From the human T2T-CHM13v2.0 reference genome, Homo sapiens, in the NCBI RefSeq assembly GCF_009914755.1, contig NC_060939.1: a DNA stretch of 64,000 bases; one strand, written 5' to 3'. Under the pieces are notes generated by a model that was not told the origin of the DNA, did not search any database, and was given only the letters and a program-made list of their open reading frames with translations. Below are positions 30,563 to 45,250 of this stretch, in pieces. The position numbers were made by a program, and so were the translations under genes. Within the stretch, counting starts at the first letter, position 1, and each line of letters opens with the position of its first letter.

Positions 30563-32394
30563 AAAATGCCCTTGTTTGACTCTGGGTATCTAAGACAGTT
30601 ATAAAAATATAGCTTCCCCCCAACCCACCAAATAACAACAAAATACAGTTGTGTCTGTGTGATAATTCTTGTATCATTCCTTCCACCCTTACCTGCGTGT
30701 GAATATTACCTGCAAGTCTCAGCAACTCATCAGCCATGTAGCTCGTGTAGCATCTTAGATGACTATTTGGAAAAATAAAGCCAAATACACACTTTTGACT
30801 CAAAGGAGGAAGCACATTCCTGTCGAGCTATTGTTATTTTAATAATTGGAAATAAATTTTAATAAAGCCAGTAACTTTTGCTAAATACACAGTTGTGCTT
30901 TGACAGTGACGGAAAACCATTTAAAGCCACGCTTGAGGCTCTGTCCTTGGCACAAACACGATTGAAAGTCTACATCTGATTGACCCTTTTAAAATGCCTT
31001 CCTTTACTTCTGAACTGTTGATAAAGAGCTCTATTTGTTTGTAGAATTTTTCCTTAAAAGTGGGGCAACAGAAATTATTTCCTGTCCAGCGTCCTATTTC
31101 AAGGAACCTGGTGCGTTTCTACTCATCGAAGCTGGTCTCTCTAGCAGGATGCAATCTGGCTGCTTCGTCCTGCTTTAAAGCAACTTTAATTTACTTGATT
31201 AAAAGTATGCCTATGCTCAGCACGTCTCACAAAGTCAGGGAGAGACATTCATGAAGAGTTTCCCTTTGAAATAAAATATTCAGATTTTGTTTCCCAGTGT
31301 TTCCACGTCTATCTTCTTTGCTTTCTTAGTTTTCATGTGGTATCCGATATCACAGAGGCTGGCAGCAGAACCGCATGGACACGCTTCTCATGGGGGCCCA
31401 TTCTCTGGGCTTGGAGGTGTAACATATATTTTACAAGAACAATGGGAAATCATTTAGGGATCCACTTTTCACCATTCTCTTAGGAGAAATGCTCTCTGGG
31501 TTGGAAGAGGGGGTGGAGGGCAGATGACTGTTATATAAAGCGCTTGACAGGAAAAAAAGCACCCCCTATTTCTTGGGATTTTCTCCCACTACAGTCCCTT
31601 TGACAAAGTTCCTTTCCCTAGAATGTTCCCCCAAACCGTAAATATTAGTGAAGAAAAAGAACTTGTATTGACCAGAACTCATTACACAATCAGAAAGATT
31701 GAGCATTTTATATTTGTTTTTATATTTATATCTTTCGGGGGAAAATGCACTATGTATATTAATTTTACCACAATGTGCAGAAATTCCTTAGGCAAATATG
31801 TAATTAGGCATTTTAAAATATAAAATGTATTTATTTATAGCTTCCAACCACACATTTATTTTTATTTATCTGAAAGATTTAAACGACACTGTCTTGAATT
31901 CGTTCTTTCTTTAGTTTATTTGCAAAATATATAATTAGGCAAATAGCCCTGAGGAGACTGGGCAGTGATCTTTCTGCAGCTTTTAAAGTATTGGTAGGAC
32001 GCTGTTCTCTTCTTTTCCCCAAGTTCAATAGCTTAGCTATTCGTTTCCTGTTTCTAATAGCCAAGGTAATTAGACCATAATGAGAACTCTTTGCTTGGAA
32101 GATGACATCTGAAAGTTGAAACTATTTGGCTGCTCAAACCTCAACAGGGAGGGGAGGGGGTAAGCATCGCCTCCTCGGTGGGAGGAAGTTCTACGACTAG
32201 AGTGTCACTTTCCCCTAAACTTATTTCTTCCTGGAAAGACTCCAAAGTCCAGAAGGCAAAGTGACATGTGCACTGGTTTTTTTTTTTTTTTTTTTTATGG
32301 AATGGCCAATTCTTCATTGTTAAGGAAGCATCGCTTAAAAACTCCAAAAAGCCCAGAACATATAGAAAACCTGTTTGCCCCTTCTTTTACCTTT

Positions 32395-32990
32395 CTTTTA
32401 CTGTCTAAATATCACACACGTACATTAAAGTGCATACATCTGAAAGGCATATCTTGATGAATGTTTCACCTGTGTGTATATCTGTGTAACCACCACCAAT
32501 ATCAAGAAATAGAACATTTCTTGCCCCTGAAGGCTCTCAGACCCCTCCCTGTCAAGACCCCACCTGAGGGAGCCACCGTGCTAATTTCTATCCCCCAGAA
32601 TGGTTTTGCCTGTCCTTGGATTTTCCATAACTGGAACTATGAATGTTACATACACTCTGGCTGGCAGGCGCTTTTTCTCAAGGGTGCATGCCTGAGGTCC
32701 ATCTGTGTTGCTCTGTAGAGTTGTGCTCTTACATTTTCACTGCAGTTAGTGTTCCTGTGTGTGAATATTTATGTATCTGTTCTGCCTTTTACGGACATTG
32801 GGGTCTTTCCCAGTTATGGCTCTTAGGAATAAAGCTACCATGAACATTCTCATCTACATCTCTGGGTGAAAGCACTTTCTTCCTTGGTGAACCTAGGAGT
32901 GAACTTCCCGGGCCACAGAGGATGTGCAGCTTTGGTAGATTCTCCCAAACCATTTCCCATGAGTTGTACCAATCATCAGTCCCACCAGGA
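32395..32990 (-). mobile_element. L1ME/L1MD 3' end
   Basis: AAAGTGCATACATC...TGTGTAACCACCACC...CAAGAAATAGAACATTT...TTTTGCCTGTCCTTG. Confidence 0.75.
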
Positions 32991-34651
32991 GTTCATTCAC
33001 CACTTTTTGATGGGCAACCAGGGGTCAATCTCATCATTGAAAGCAAAGTCTCAACTGTTCGCAAAAGGGGGACACGAAGACTTAGTAGCAGGAGAGATAG
33101 AAAAAAAATAATTAAAAGGGAAAAAGCTACCCCCAAGAAAGGACCTGGCCCAGGCTGAACAAGCTCTGGCAGCCCTGGGGCATTGCTGTGGTAACCGTTT
33201 CCCACCCTTGCTGCCCAGGAGGAGGGGCAGTGGCTCTGGAGGGGAAGCTCAGTCCCTTGGGGCTTTCCACCTCATGCACATGGACAGACAAGGCTTTCCT
33301 GGGGTCAGGCCACCTCCAGCACCCTCCAGCCCAGTTCTCAGCCACATAGAGCATCACTTGTAGGACGAGACTACTGGCTCCAGTAAGTCCCCTGAACTTT
33401 TCTTTAGGCCAAATTCCATATGTTCTCTCTTTCCAATACTTTTTCCAATTATTGACCAAAAAGTAAATAGTAAGGCTATGTCAGGAAATCTGCTGCCTTG
33501 TGGCCAGCAACCCTCCCCAGCCCACAGTGGCCCCACTGCACTCTGTGTGCCTGTCCTCTGGGCCAGCACTGCCCCGGCCCTCCCCACTTACATGCAGCCC
33601 CCTGAGGGTCCCAGAAGGGAGCCTTCAGTCACTGAGCTCTCACTAGGCCGGAATTCCAGGAAAGGTGAGAACCCAAAACACCTCCCCTGTCTACCCCAGC
33701 TGTTCTAGAAATACAGGAGATGGAGGTTAATAGAAGACCACTGACCTTCCTGACAGCTTTTCTAAACAACCAGGGCAGGGTCATTTTCTACATGTGGTAT
33801 TCTCACGGCTCCCTCTCCAAATTGAGGATGCCCCACTGACGTCTGTGTGGGCCATCAAAGGGTGTGTGTGAAAACTTTCCTGCCCATCGCAAGCTAGAGC
33901 CTCTGGGTCAAGCCCGTGGCCAGGCGAGCCTTGCCCATCTCCTGACTCCCTCACTCAATTTGCCGACTTCCTGTTGGGCTTTCTCTTAGGGCCTTTACTC
34001 TGTCCTCTCTGTCTCTGGCTCTGATCGTTTCAAATTGCTGCCGGGAGTCTCACATATACCAGGATGGATAGCAGAGCCTTAGTCCTGAAGTTTCACTCAT
34101 AACTCAAAGGGATAGGTATATTTTGTTGTAGCGCAAAATCGATTCCCATCCCCTGGGAAGCTTGTGTGTTTAGTGTGTACTTAGGTAGTGAGGAGCCCAC
34201 CTGCTCACTCACTTTCTGCACAAGGAGCATTTCTGTCTGCCCGGGCAGAGACCCCTGACTCCAACAGGCCACACCCACCAGTGGTGAAGTGTGCTCAGCC
34301 AGGGAGGAAGTTCTTATGGGTAGGAAGAGTTTCAAATCTTCCTTGACAGCCCACACAGCTGTCAGAGGGCATCCTCAGTTTGGAGAGGGGGCCACAGAAT
34401 ATTAAGGTTTAAAGACGCCAAAGGCTCATGTGCTTCCCTTCCTTCTCTCTCTTTGTCTCTGTTTACCATGAGACTGTTTTGAAAGGTGTGCACTCTCCTC
34501 CTCTTACCCTCCTGGGGCTTCTCCTCCTGTCTCAATTGGAGAGGGACAGGGACAGATGCAGAGGCCCCCGGATACAAATGAAGAGCCTGGGCTGAACCAG
34601 GGCCAGATGGGTCTGCAGCCCTGTGATGGTCACCTGGGGAACTATTGTAGG

Positions 34652-35169
34652 TGTGGTGGTTTTAAGATATGACCCCAGATTCTTTGACTCTCCTTTCTTC
34701 AAGAGGTGGAGCTTAATTTCCCTCTGCTTAAATGTAGGCTGGATTTAGTGCCTTGCTTCTCATGCATAAAATAAAGCAGAGGTCATGTGTGTGAGGTCCT
34801 AAACAGTACTGCAGTTTCCTGCTTGTTCTCCTTCTCTCTCTCTCATATCGTTAGCTCTGGGACAAACCAGCTTCTATGTCATGAGCACACTCAGGCAGCT
34901 CATTGGAGAGATCTGCATGGTAAAGCAATGAGGCCTCCTGCCAGCAGCCATGTGAGTGGCATCTTGGAGCCAGACCCTCCAGCCCCAGTCAAGCCTTCGG
35001 ATGCCTGCAGCCCTGGCTGACATTTTAACCACAACTTCATGAGAGATTCTGAGCCAGAATCACCCAGCTAAGCTGCTCCCGGGTTGCCAGGTGAGAAAAA
35101 TGAATGGTTATGATTTTAAACCGCTAGGTTTTGGAGTCATTTGTTACACAGCAACAGATAACTAAAACA
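34652..35169 (+). mobile_element. MaLR solo LTR (MLT1F-like)
   Basis: TGTGGTGG...GCAACAGATAACTAAAACA termini; CCAGCCCCAGTCAAGCCTTC core; 5-bp TSD GTAGG/GGAGG. Confidence 0.85.
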
Positions 35170-35174
35170 GGAGG

Positions 35175-35558
35175 TTATTAGTACTACTCACCAAATATTT
35201 CTGGTTCTAGCTTCCAGAATCACGGTAGGATGACCTCTCTCCCCTGCTTGGAAGTTACGTATATCCACGCAACTTTGAAATTGAGTAAGACTGGGATGTG
35301 TCATCCCCAAGAGGGCACTTCAAGAGCCAGTGTGCCATCACAACCTCTTTCTCTCCCTCTATCAAACCAGTTGCCAGTGTTATAAATAATGAGACCATGC
35401 TCTATCAGCTTGGGGCCAGGGGTTGGGGTGATGTGGAGCAGAGCTGTTAGCTGACCCACCATGGATGTGTAGCAGCGGAAGAAGCAAGCCGTGTGCTGTT
35501 GAAGCACCCACATTTTTGGTGTTACTGCAGCACAACCTGAACTATACTGACTGATGCA
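35175..35558 (+). mobile_element. MaLR LTR (MLT1I/J-like); its first bases are probably TGTAGG at 34646
   Basis: CACCAAATATTTCTGGTTCT...TTCAAGAGCCAGTGTG...GTTACTGCAGCACAACCT...CTGACTGATGCA. Confidence 0.75.
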
Positions 35559-37734
35559 GGTGAGGATACACAGGGATCCTCTGTCCCTCCACCCCCAGCT
35601 CTTCATGCTCTTTGGGCCCAGGAAAGCCAGTATCTCCATTGAGGTCAGCAGGATCATGCCCTTGATGTGGGTTCCCTGTCCCCTGCCCAGGGGACCTCCA
35701 CCGTGTCCACACCTGGATAAAAAGTGAGGAGCTTGGTTCAGGAGTGGGCTGGGGGCCTGGCCTGGTCATCACGACCTCTCTGTTTAGAACCCTGTGGATG
35801 GGAAAGGCTTACATGGCAGTAAGAGGAGTTGAAGGTGTTAAGTAACGGCCCGTGTGATCCAGTTCTGAAAACCACAAAGTCAACAGTGATTGATCCTTTG
35901 CTTTCTTTTCCAGAACCATAGAGAATTTGGGGAAAATACTGTCTGGCCACCCAGAAAACAAAGACCAGTTAGGATTTGTTTTATTTTCTCTTCTTCCCAG
36001 ATCAATCCACAGTTCTCCAGGGACCCATTGTGGTTTTGTGCTTCCTCTGTGCCTGTTCTGCTCCTCTCCATGCACCCCAGCCCCTCCCAGTCCCCTCAAC
36101 GGTCCTTCTGGCCAGGCCCATAGCCCCCTCTCTGCCCCACAGTCCTCAGGCTCCAGCTTTCTCGTTAGGAAGTGTTAGAAAGTTGCTGGAGTGAGAAATG
36201 AGCCTGTGAAACTCGTTGTCCTAATTAAACTTCCACAAGGAGAGTGACAAGAGGCGACGGGGAGGAAACGGTGCCACCACCAAGGTCTCAGCCTGGGCCC
36301 AGGTCGAGGAAGGCCTTTGTCCTGCAGAACAAAAGCCACTGTTTGCACGTGTTAAACTTCATCAAACTTCAACAGACCCAGGTGCAAAACCCCACATCCC
36401 AAATGCCATCCGGGCTTATGCCACCTTCCCGAGCATGGACCATCCCTAGCCGTCAACCCTAATCAGGGCCATGCCCTACATCAAAGCTGCACTCCCTCCA
36501 CAGACAGCTTCTGCTCTGAGATGCATTGTTCCTATGACTTCCTACACTCCGCCCTTGTCTGACGAATTAGGGCACGGAGCCCCCCCATGGCACAGCTGGG
36601 CCCTGCTGGCATTGTTAATGAGGTAGGAAGGGCGCGTTTGTCTGAGCCTGGGACTAACATAATCACATAAAGTTGTTGCTTTGGAATAGATGGAGCTGCC
36701 CCAGAGTCGATTTTCTTGGAAGCAACGCAAAGCACAGCTTCCTGGGAGAAGACACAATGCCTCCTATTGTCTCTGCCACTTCCCCTCCAGCCTCCCAGCA
36801 TTTCTGCGTCTCCTCGGGAGCCACTGCCCTGTGCAAGAGCTGTTTGCTGATGCCCAGCCGCGGCTTCCAAAACTCCCGCGAGAAGTCGTTTCTGTCCACA
36901 GTCATTGTTTCCAGACCAGCCGAGCCAACTGGGGAGGAGAGGCCAGGCCCAGGGAGAGCAGTAAGAGGCCCAGCTTGCAACACAGGCCCCCGGCGGCTGG
37001 AGTCGGCTCATGGGTTGCTGGGGGGCAGCTGGTGCCAGCCCTGCTAGACATGTCCAGGGTCGGGGCAGAGGCCAGGGTGGCTCTCATCCACAACGAGGCT
37101 CCAGGAAGAGGCTCCAGAGGGCCCAGGTCCCTGGAGGAAGACAGAGGGTGGATTATCCAGTGAGTCCTCAGATTGCTCCAGGGATACTCTACCCCTAGGC
37201 CCTCATCCTACCTAGGACTGAGGCAGCCATCTGGGTCTCTGCTTCCCTAACCACTTCCTCCTCCACCCGACCATCACCTAGTCTCAAGGACTTGGGCAGC
37301 TTCTGGAAGTGGCTGAGACTGGAAGAATGTTGTCACACCTACCAGATATCCCTACGTGTATCTCTACCACCCCCACTACATATTCTGAAGAACCAAGGTG
37401 AGCTGGGGGAATCCCCAGGCCAGCAGGGCAAGGCCTGGGCAGGAATGGAGTGAGGAAGTGAGAAGTGGGGATCTTGGGGGTGGGCGGGCTGTGGGGCTGG
37501 GCTGTGCTGCGCACTGGGCAGGAGGCGGGAGATGGCAATGGAAGCGACAGCTCCCCATCTTCCCCGGCTGCATACGTGAGGGATTCTGCTGCATTCACTG
37601 AGTCACCAAAGGACACTGGAAGGCCATCAGGATTTTTGGGTGACCAAGACATGGCTCCCCTCTTACTGCCTGTGGGGAGACAGGCATGTGAACACCCAAG
37701 TCTAACCCAAGCTGAGTTGACTGAGGGCCATTTA

Positions 37735-38047
<313 letters not shown>

Positions 38048-40199
38048 AAAGGTTCCAAGGATGGTCTGGAGGACAAACAAAGGAGGAGATTTGGTGCAGG
38101 AGTTAGGACAAAGACTCCTGGGACAGCAGCCCTCACTTGGGGCCATAGTGAATGAATGGGGGCCTTTTGCAGAAGGGAAATGGAGGACATGTGTGGTGAA
38201 GGCTTTGCTGAAGCATCTCTTATAAAAGGGGCAAAAGCACTTGCTCTCCTCCCAGCTCTGGCTCAGCCTCTCTCTCTTCAAGTCCCTGGCATCCCTGGAA
38301 AACCATGATTTTTCCATTCTGCAGCCAGCCCAGGCACCTCCTCCCACCCCCGCACACTGCAGTCTGGTGTGTGTGGTGGGCACACATAGAACACTTGCTG
38401 GTCTTGAAAATGAAGCCATCTTTTGGGGCCCCTAGAAATCAAAGAGACCCACTTAGCCAAGATATCACTCTTGGACACCAGCAAGGGTGAGATCACTTGA
38501 TAGGTATTTTGCCGTGTGTTTCTTTTTAACTATATAAAAAACAAAAGGGTGGATGTGCAAACCCAACCCAAGAATACCTTGGCTCAGGCTCAACTAGATG
38601 AAACTTTTAAAAATGATTTAATGTTATGTTAGACTGTTGCATATTAAAGCGATGTAATGCCTTCTAAGAAACGAGAGTCAGATCCTGAAAGCGATGACTT
38701 GGGTAAATGTAAGGAGTTATAACTCACTTTTCAAGAGAGCAACTATAAACATTTTGCCCAATATGTACAGACCTCTAATGACAGTGTGCAAAGACTCTTT
38801 CGTTCCCAGATTATGAGGCTGCCACTTTCTCCTCCCCTTCCTGAGCCGCACTTTTCTAAACAGCAACTGTCGGGGCAGGGGGATGGGAAGCTCATGAGAG
38901 AAGGAAATATTTGGGACCGTGTCGGCCAGTGGAATGGGGCTTGTGGTCACCGTGTTACAGAGTCAAATCACTTCCCAGTAAACACCAGTTTCCGATGGCT
39001 CTCTGGCCAGGGTTGGCCGGGGACAAGCAGGGAGTATATGTGTCGGGTACGTTGCGTCACAAGCTGTGCAGCTGTGTAGGCCTCTCTGTCCAGAGGCATT
39101 AATGGAAAATGATTGGGCACCCAGCCCACAGCAGATGCGCTGAGGAATCCAGCCAGGGGGAGCTGGGATGCAGTGGGAGAGGGGACACGCAGGGCCTGGC
39201 TGAGAAGCCTCGCGAGGTAACCACAGGCGGAAATCTGAAAAATGAAGACGTTCCCACCAGTTCCAGAAAACAGGGCTAACTTAAAATGCAGCCCCTTTCC
39301 TTGAAGTGGGCTTGGCAGGCCCCAGGTGTTGAAAGGCAAAAGAAAAAAAAGAAAGAAAGAAAAAGAAAAAGAAAACAGCATGTTTTACATTTATCTAGCC
39401 TGCATTTCTAATGGAGTTCCCTTCAGACCCCTCACGTGCTGAATTGATGTGTGAGATCAGAACAAAAGGAATTTCGAGGAATCATTGGTATAGGCCCCAG
39501 AGCTAAGGAGATTGCAATTTGAAAATACTGTTTCATGCACTTATTAGACTAAATCAGCAAACAGAGAGCAGCGTGCCAGGTCCTCCTGGAAGTTGCCAGA
39601 AGTCTCATGGCTGTAGCCTCCCTGGCTGCTGCTTCAGGGGGTCCCCTAGACCCCTCAACCCAGAAGAGGAAGGCAAGGATCCATCTCTCCTCGTTTTAAG
39701 AGTTCCTCTTTTCCCCGCTTTATGTCTCAGAGCCCTAGCTCCTCCGTGTCCCTCATCTGTCAAGTCTGCTCTCAGGGAAAAGCGGAAACTCACTCAGTCC
39801 CAAAGGTGAATGGTAACCTCAGCTTCTTCTCAGGGTGGGAGGGGAGGCCGGTGTTTTCCCAGATCCTAAGCTAAAGTAAGCTCCTGCTAAACAGATGAGG
39901 GAATTATGCTGAGGGGGAAGAGGTTCACCCTGGACTCCTGTGAATTCCTTGAAGGATTCATGAGATTTCTCACCTCTGGGTTTTCTGTGGGGGTTGAGTC
40001 TCTCCATCTGTAATGCTCTTTGTCTAATTGGCTCACACTTTCTTTCTGCTGAATAATGTCACTTCTGTGCTTGGGAGTGGTCCCTGGGGTAGAGGATGCC
40101 AGTTGCCAAGCAAAACCTATCCCCCTTTCTTCTTGACTGACAGACACTTATATTATTGGGGCAGCTAAAGCACTACATTTCCCAAGTTTACAGACATCT

Positions 40200-40560
40200 G
40201 TGGCCAAGCGGGTGTAAGCAGAAGACTTTAGGGGTAGAGGATGCCTCAGAGAAAGTTATTCAAAAGGGGGATAATTAAAACAGGAGGTGAACTTTCTTCT
40301 TTGCCCTTCCCCCATGGAATGTGGCCATGATGGTTGGAGCTCCAGCAGCCATCTTGGGAACCAATGTGAGGATGGACATTACAAGCTAAGAGGGCTGAGC
40401 AGAAAGAAAGAAGACATCAGACTCTGATGAGTGACTGTGGAGCTGCCTTGCCAGTCCTAGACTGCCCAAGGCCGTATTTCTCTCAGGTGAAAATAAACCT
40501 GTATCCTCTTTAACTGATGTTGTTTCTAGTCTTCATCACTTGCAGCTGAACTAAACCAAA
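40200..40560 (+). mobile_element. Old MaLR LTR remnant (MLT1K/L-like)
   Basis: TGATGGTTGGAGCTCCAGCAGCCATCTTG...CCAGTCCTAGACTGCC...ACTTGCAGCTGAA. Confidence 0.65.
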
Positions 40561-40838
40561 GTAAGCCCTCCCCTTTCTGCACTTCTCCATACAACTACTC
40601 ACACTTGCAGCCTCTCATTCCATGTCTGTCTTCTCCCCGCCATGTACCAGCTATGAGATCAGTGGTTTGTCTGCAGTGCCGTCTGCAGGAGCCTCAGTGC
40701 CTGGTGTGGCATCTGGCACATAAGAACAGGCCTGTAAATGTTTGCTGAACGAGATGCCCCTGCAACATGGCTCTGCCAATGGGCTGGCACACCTGAACCC
40801 TCCTTCCATGGCGTTAAACAAGATTTAAGGATATCGGG

Positions 40839-41177
<339 letters not shown>

Positions 41178-41359
41178 TTAGACTAATTAGGGCACAGGAG
41201 AGGGAAAACCACCTATTTGCATTTATTTATAAGAAAACCGGCTATTTTTGAGCATGTGCCAGGAGCTGCATTGAGACTTAACAGAAAATCTTTCCGATCC
41301 TCACCGTGGGGGTGATGCAGGCAGCTGGCATTCCTGACTTTAGGGTATACCCATGTCGT

Positions 41360-41890
41360 GTGATCTGTCCCTGCATAGCAAACTGCCCCTGAGCTCAGAG
41401 CTTAAAACAACAGGCATTTTTTGAATTTCTCATGATTCTAAGGGTTCACTGGGGCTCAACTAGAGGGTCCCTCTGCTGGTCTTGTTTGGGGTCTCATCCA
41501 GCTGCAGTCAGGTGGCGGCAGTGGCTGGACCTCCAAGGTGACTGCATTCACCTCCCTGGAGCTTTGGCAGGAGTGCCTGGGAGGCTGGGCTCAGCTAGGA
41601 CATTGGGACACCTGGGCCTGTCTGTCTCTCCTTGGGGTGCTAGGGCCTCTCCCTCTGCACATGGATTTTCCATGTCGTCTCTCGTGAAGGCTACCTGGAC
41701 TTCCTACATGGATGCTCAGGCCCCCAAAAGTACAGAGGCAGAAGTTGCCCAGTTTCCCAAGGATCAGGCCTGGAACTGGCCTGCCATGACTCAGCACTCT
41801 GTAGTTGACGCAGTGGCAGGACCAATCCAGAGTTAGCATAGCCAGGGACCGTACAGAGACATGAACACCAGGAGGCTCCATTCGTGGAGC
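41360..41890 (-). mobile_element. MaLR LTR (MLT1H-like)
   Basis: CTGCATAGCAAACTGCCCC...CTTAAAACAACA...CTCATGATTCT...GCTGCAGTCAGGTGG...GAAGGCTGGGCTCAGCT-like motifs. Confidence 0.7.
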
Positions 41891-43114
41891 CCATCGCCAG
41901 GGACTAGCTGCTGCCCCATGAGTAGGTGTGACTGAATTTTATAGGTGAGGAGGCTGAGAGAGAGGCAAAAGAGCTTGAAGGTCCCACACCACTGAGGGGG
42001 AGAATGGAACCCAGAGCGACCCACCTCCCTTGCCTGCCTTGTCTCCTCCTCCATACTCAGCCTCTTGAGCAAAGGAATGCTCCTGAAGGTGCATTTGAGG
42101 CCAGAACTCTGCCCCAAGAGCACACTGTCAAGGGCTGCCTGCATGGGGTTGAGGATGGTCTCTAATTCATGTGTTTCATGAGTCATTTATAGCAGGAGAG
42201 AGCCCTGGGAAAATGTCACGAAGATGAAAGCTGACTTAACAGATGGGCTGACACACGGAGGCTCAGGGACATCCACACTCCGTGCCCACAACGGTGGGCT
42301 TCTCTCTGTTCACTCCATCTCATTCTTTGAGAGTCTGCCTTATTATCTCAGATTAAAGCAAACTCACACCTGCACCTTCTCCAACCAGAGATTTCTCACT
42401 TGAATCTCTGCAGGTGCAACAGGAACCTGGAGCCTCAAGAGCCGAGGTGCTCAGGAGGGGCAGCATGACTCCAGGGCTCGGAAGGAGCCCCTCAGGTAAG
42501 GTCCCCTCAAAGCCTGAGAGTTCCCTTTGTCCACAACTCATCTATTTTGCCCAGATATGTTTTTGGACACGGCAGTTCCCAGATAAGAGCAGGCTCGGCC
42601 CCCTGGCCTCAGAGCTCAGCCTTCAGGGTAGGGCAGGAGAAAGAATGTAATCAGAGTTATGGCTTAATGAAGTGAACCGTAATAACCATAAACAGACAGT
42701 CTGGGATTTGGTTTGTTATTTTGTACAAGGCAGTACCTTTCAATAGCAACTGGTGTTAGGGCCAAGCTTAAACATTTTCATCTCACCAACAAAAAAACAG
42801 TGATCCCATTGTTACACTACACTCTCCCACCTTAAAATGGGATTGGTTTTGTGGATTGGGAAAGTTACCAAAAATAAGTTTCTTCAATCACAAAGGTTAG
42901 CAGAAAGGAAGTTGCTGGATTGTTGCTAGATTGCTAGGAAGTTGCTAGATGAGAGGGGCCTATAGGTAAGCAGTATCTGTTATAGACAATGTGTGCCAGG
43001 CCATCTACCTCAAACTTTTTTCCTATTTAATCCATGTAATAGGTACCAAATCCTACACAACTTAAGGCTAAAAAATAAGTTTGCTTATGAGTCCCTATAT
43101 ACAAGGTAAAATAG

Positions 43115-43487
<373 letters not shown>

Positions 43488-44783
43488 AAGAAAAGCATAA
43501 CCAAGAGTGTTTTCCTTCTTGAGACCAACACCCCAAATACAACATGCCCAGGTGGTTGTGCCACACAGCCTGACAGTGCAGCTTCCTGAGCACCAGTGTA
43601 AGATGGAGGGAGACAGGTGGGGGTGTGAATGCTCTCCAACCCACCTCGGGAGGAATTCTACTACCTCTAAAAGATTGGTGGCCTTTATTTTGTGTCCCAA
43701 CATAGAGGCAGGATACTACCTAGCCACAGCAAAGTCAAGCCTACTTTCAGCATTTTCAGAGTTTGAAGCCATTTGGTGACTCTCTGAGGAGTTGTCCGTC
43801 TTTAAAGCACACTCTAAAAATACCTTCTGCCAGAGATGCTAGGACTGGGCAGAAACGGCAGGCCAGCAGGATGACGGGCCACCAAGCTCCCAGCCCCAGG
43901 GCCCCAGCACAGTTGGCATATTCTCGCCCAGATGCAAAGCTGGAACTCCCTGGAGCTTTCAATATGGCTACAACAATGCTGCCGGCTTTTATTTTGCCAA
44001 AATAGAGTGACAACACAGAGGCCCAACCACACAATCTTAGACATTTCCCTCTTTTTAAAAACCTTCCCTATACCCAAGAGGACCATCCCTTACCTCTACT
44101 CTTTCCTCTCCAGGATGTCATTAGCATCTTGAATTCATCACTCATTATTCTACCAGACATAGTTATTCTCTCCATTACATTACAGACTCTTTGAGGGATG
44201 TCTTATTTTTCTGCAGTTATGGTGCCTAGCTCCTAAAATGCTTTGTAACTGAGCAAAAAACCCTTTGGCTTACCAGAAGTCCACTCTGTTCAGGATTAAC
44301 CATTCTACCTCTTACAAAATACAAACCAAGAGGGTGCTTTGGCACAGGCCTGGGGTCATGGGTTTCCACATGGCATGGAAGAAGGCATCCCAGGCTGGGA
44401 GTCAGGTGGCCTGGGCTCCTCCACCCTCGCTAACAGCTAACTCCATGGCCATGGACACACGCTTGTGCCACAGGTGCAGACTTTCTAAAGACTTAGGTTT
44501 TGGAGATCTCTCTGGTCTCCGCCAGGGATACGACACTATGCTAAGCACTGACAGGGTTACTTCATCTATAAACGTCCCAGGCACGAGTGGGAAAACAAGC
44601 AGAACTTGTTTTTTATGACACCAACCTAAGGCCTCATTTTAATTTGTTCTGGAAAGACTATTAGTCCTGATGCATTGACTGCAAATCTGCTAATAAACTA
44701 TCCAACTCCTAGTTGGTGAAGGTGCCAATTTTGAGTATTTGGGGACCCCTTGCAATAGTAGGTACCAAGCTGTCCTGGGTTAA

Positions 44784-44802
44784 TGACGCCACCTGGTGGC
44801 TG
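44784..44802 (-). promoter_or_regulatory. CTCF motif (reverse)
   Basis: Minus strand CAGCCACCAGGTGGCGTCA; core CCACCAGGTGGCG is an exact consensus match in non-repeat DNA. Confidence 0.75.
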
Positions 44803-44849
44803 GTGTCGGGGTGGGCGAGTCCCCTGCATTTTTGCGCTTCAGTTCTAGA

Positions 44850-45250
44850 ATCAGGAGTCCGTCAGCAAACAAAGAGGAAATGTATAATCAGGGCCATAAA
44901 GATGACAGAAAGGGATGTGGGAGGGAAGGGTGAGGTCGTGGGGTTTCAGACAGACTGGTCAGGGGAGGCCTCTCTGAGGGGGCGGCATTTAAGCTGAGAC
45001 TTTCCTGAGGAGAGATCAGTCATGCAAAGATCTGAGGAAAAGAGCACTCCAGGCAGGAGCAGTGGTGATCGCAAAGGCCATGAGTTGAAGTGAGTGATTC
45101 TGTTTTAGCAACAGAGGGCACCCTGGCCAGCCAGCACCGAGGCAGTGTAGAGGGAGATCGTGGGAGTCCTTGCTGGGCGGGGGGCAGCTGATTCTGAGTG
45201 GAAAGGGATTGGGAATTGGGCAGGAGAGTAGTGTAGCACTAGGCTTTATT
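44850..45250 (-). mobile_element. L2 fragment
   Basis: GGTCAGGGGAGGCCTCTCTGAGG...CATTTAAGCTGAGAC...GCAAAGGCCATGAG. Confidence 0.75.

Noticed and set aside
32888-32905. TGAACC-n6-TGAACT direct repeat
   Set aside because: Non-canonical DR6 spacing inside an old L1 fragment
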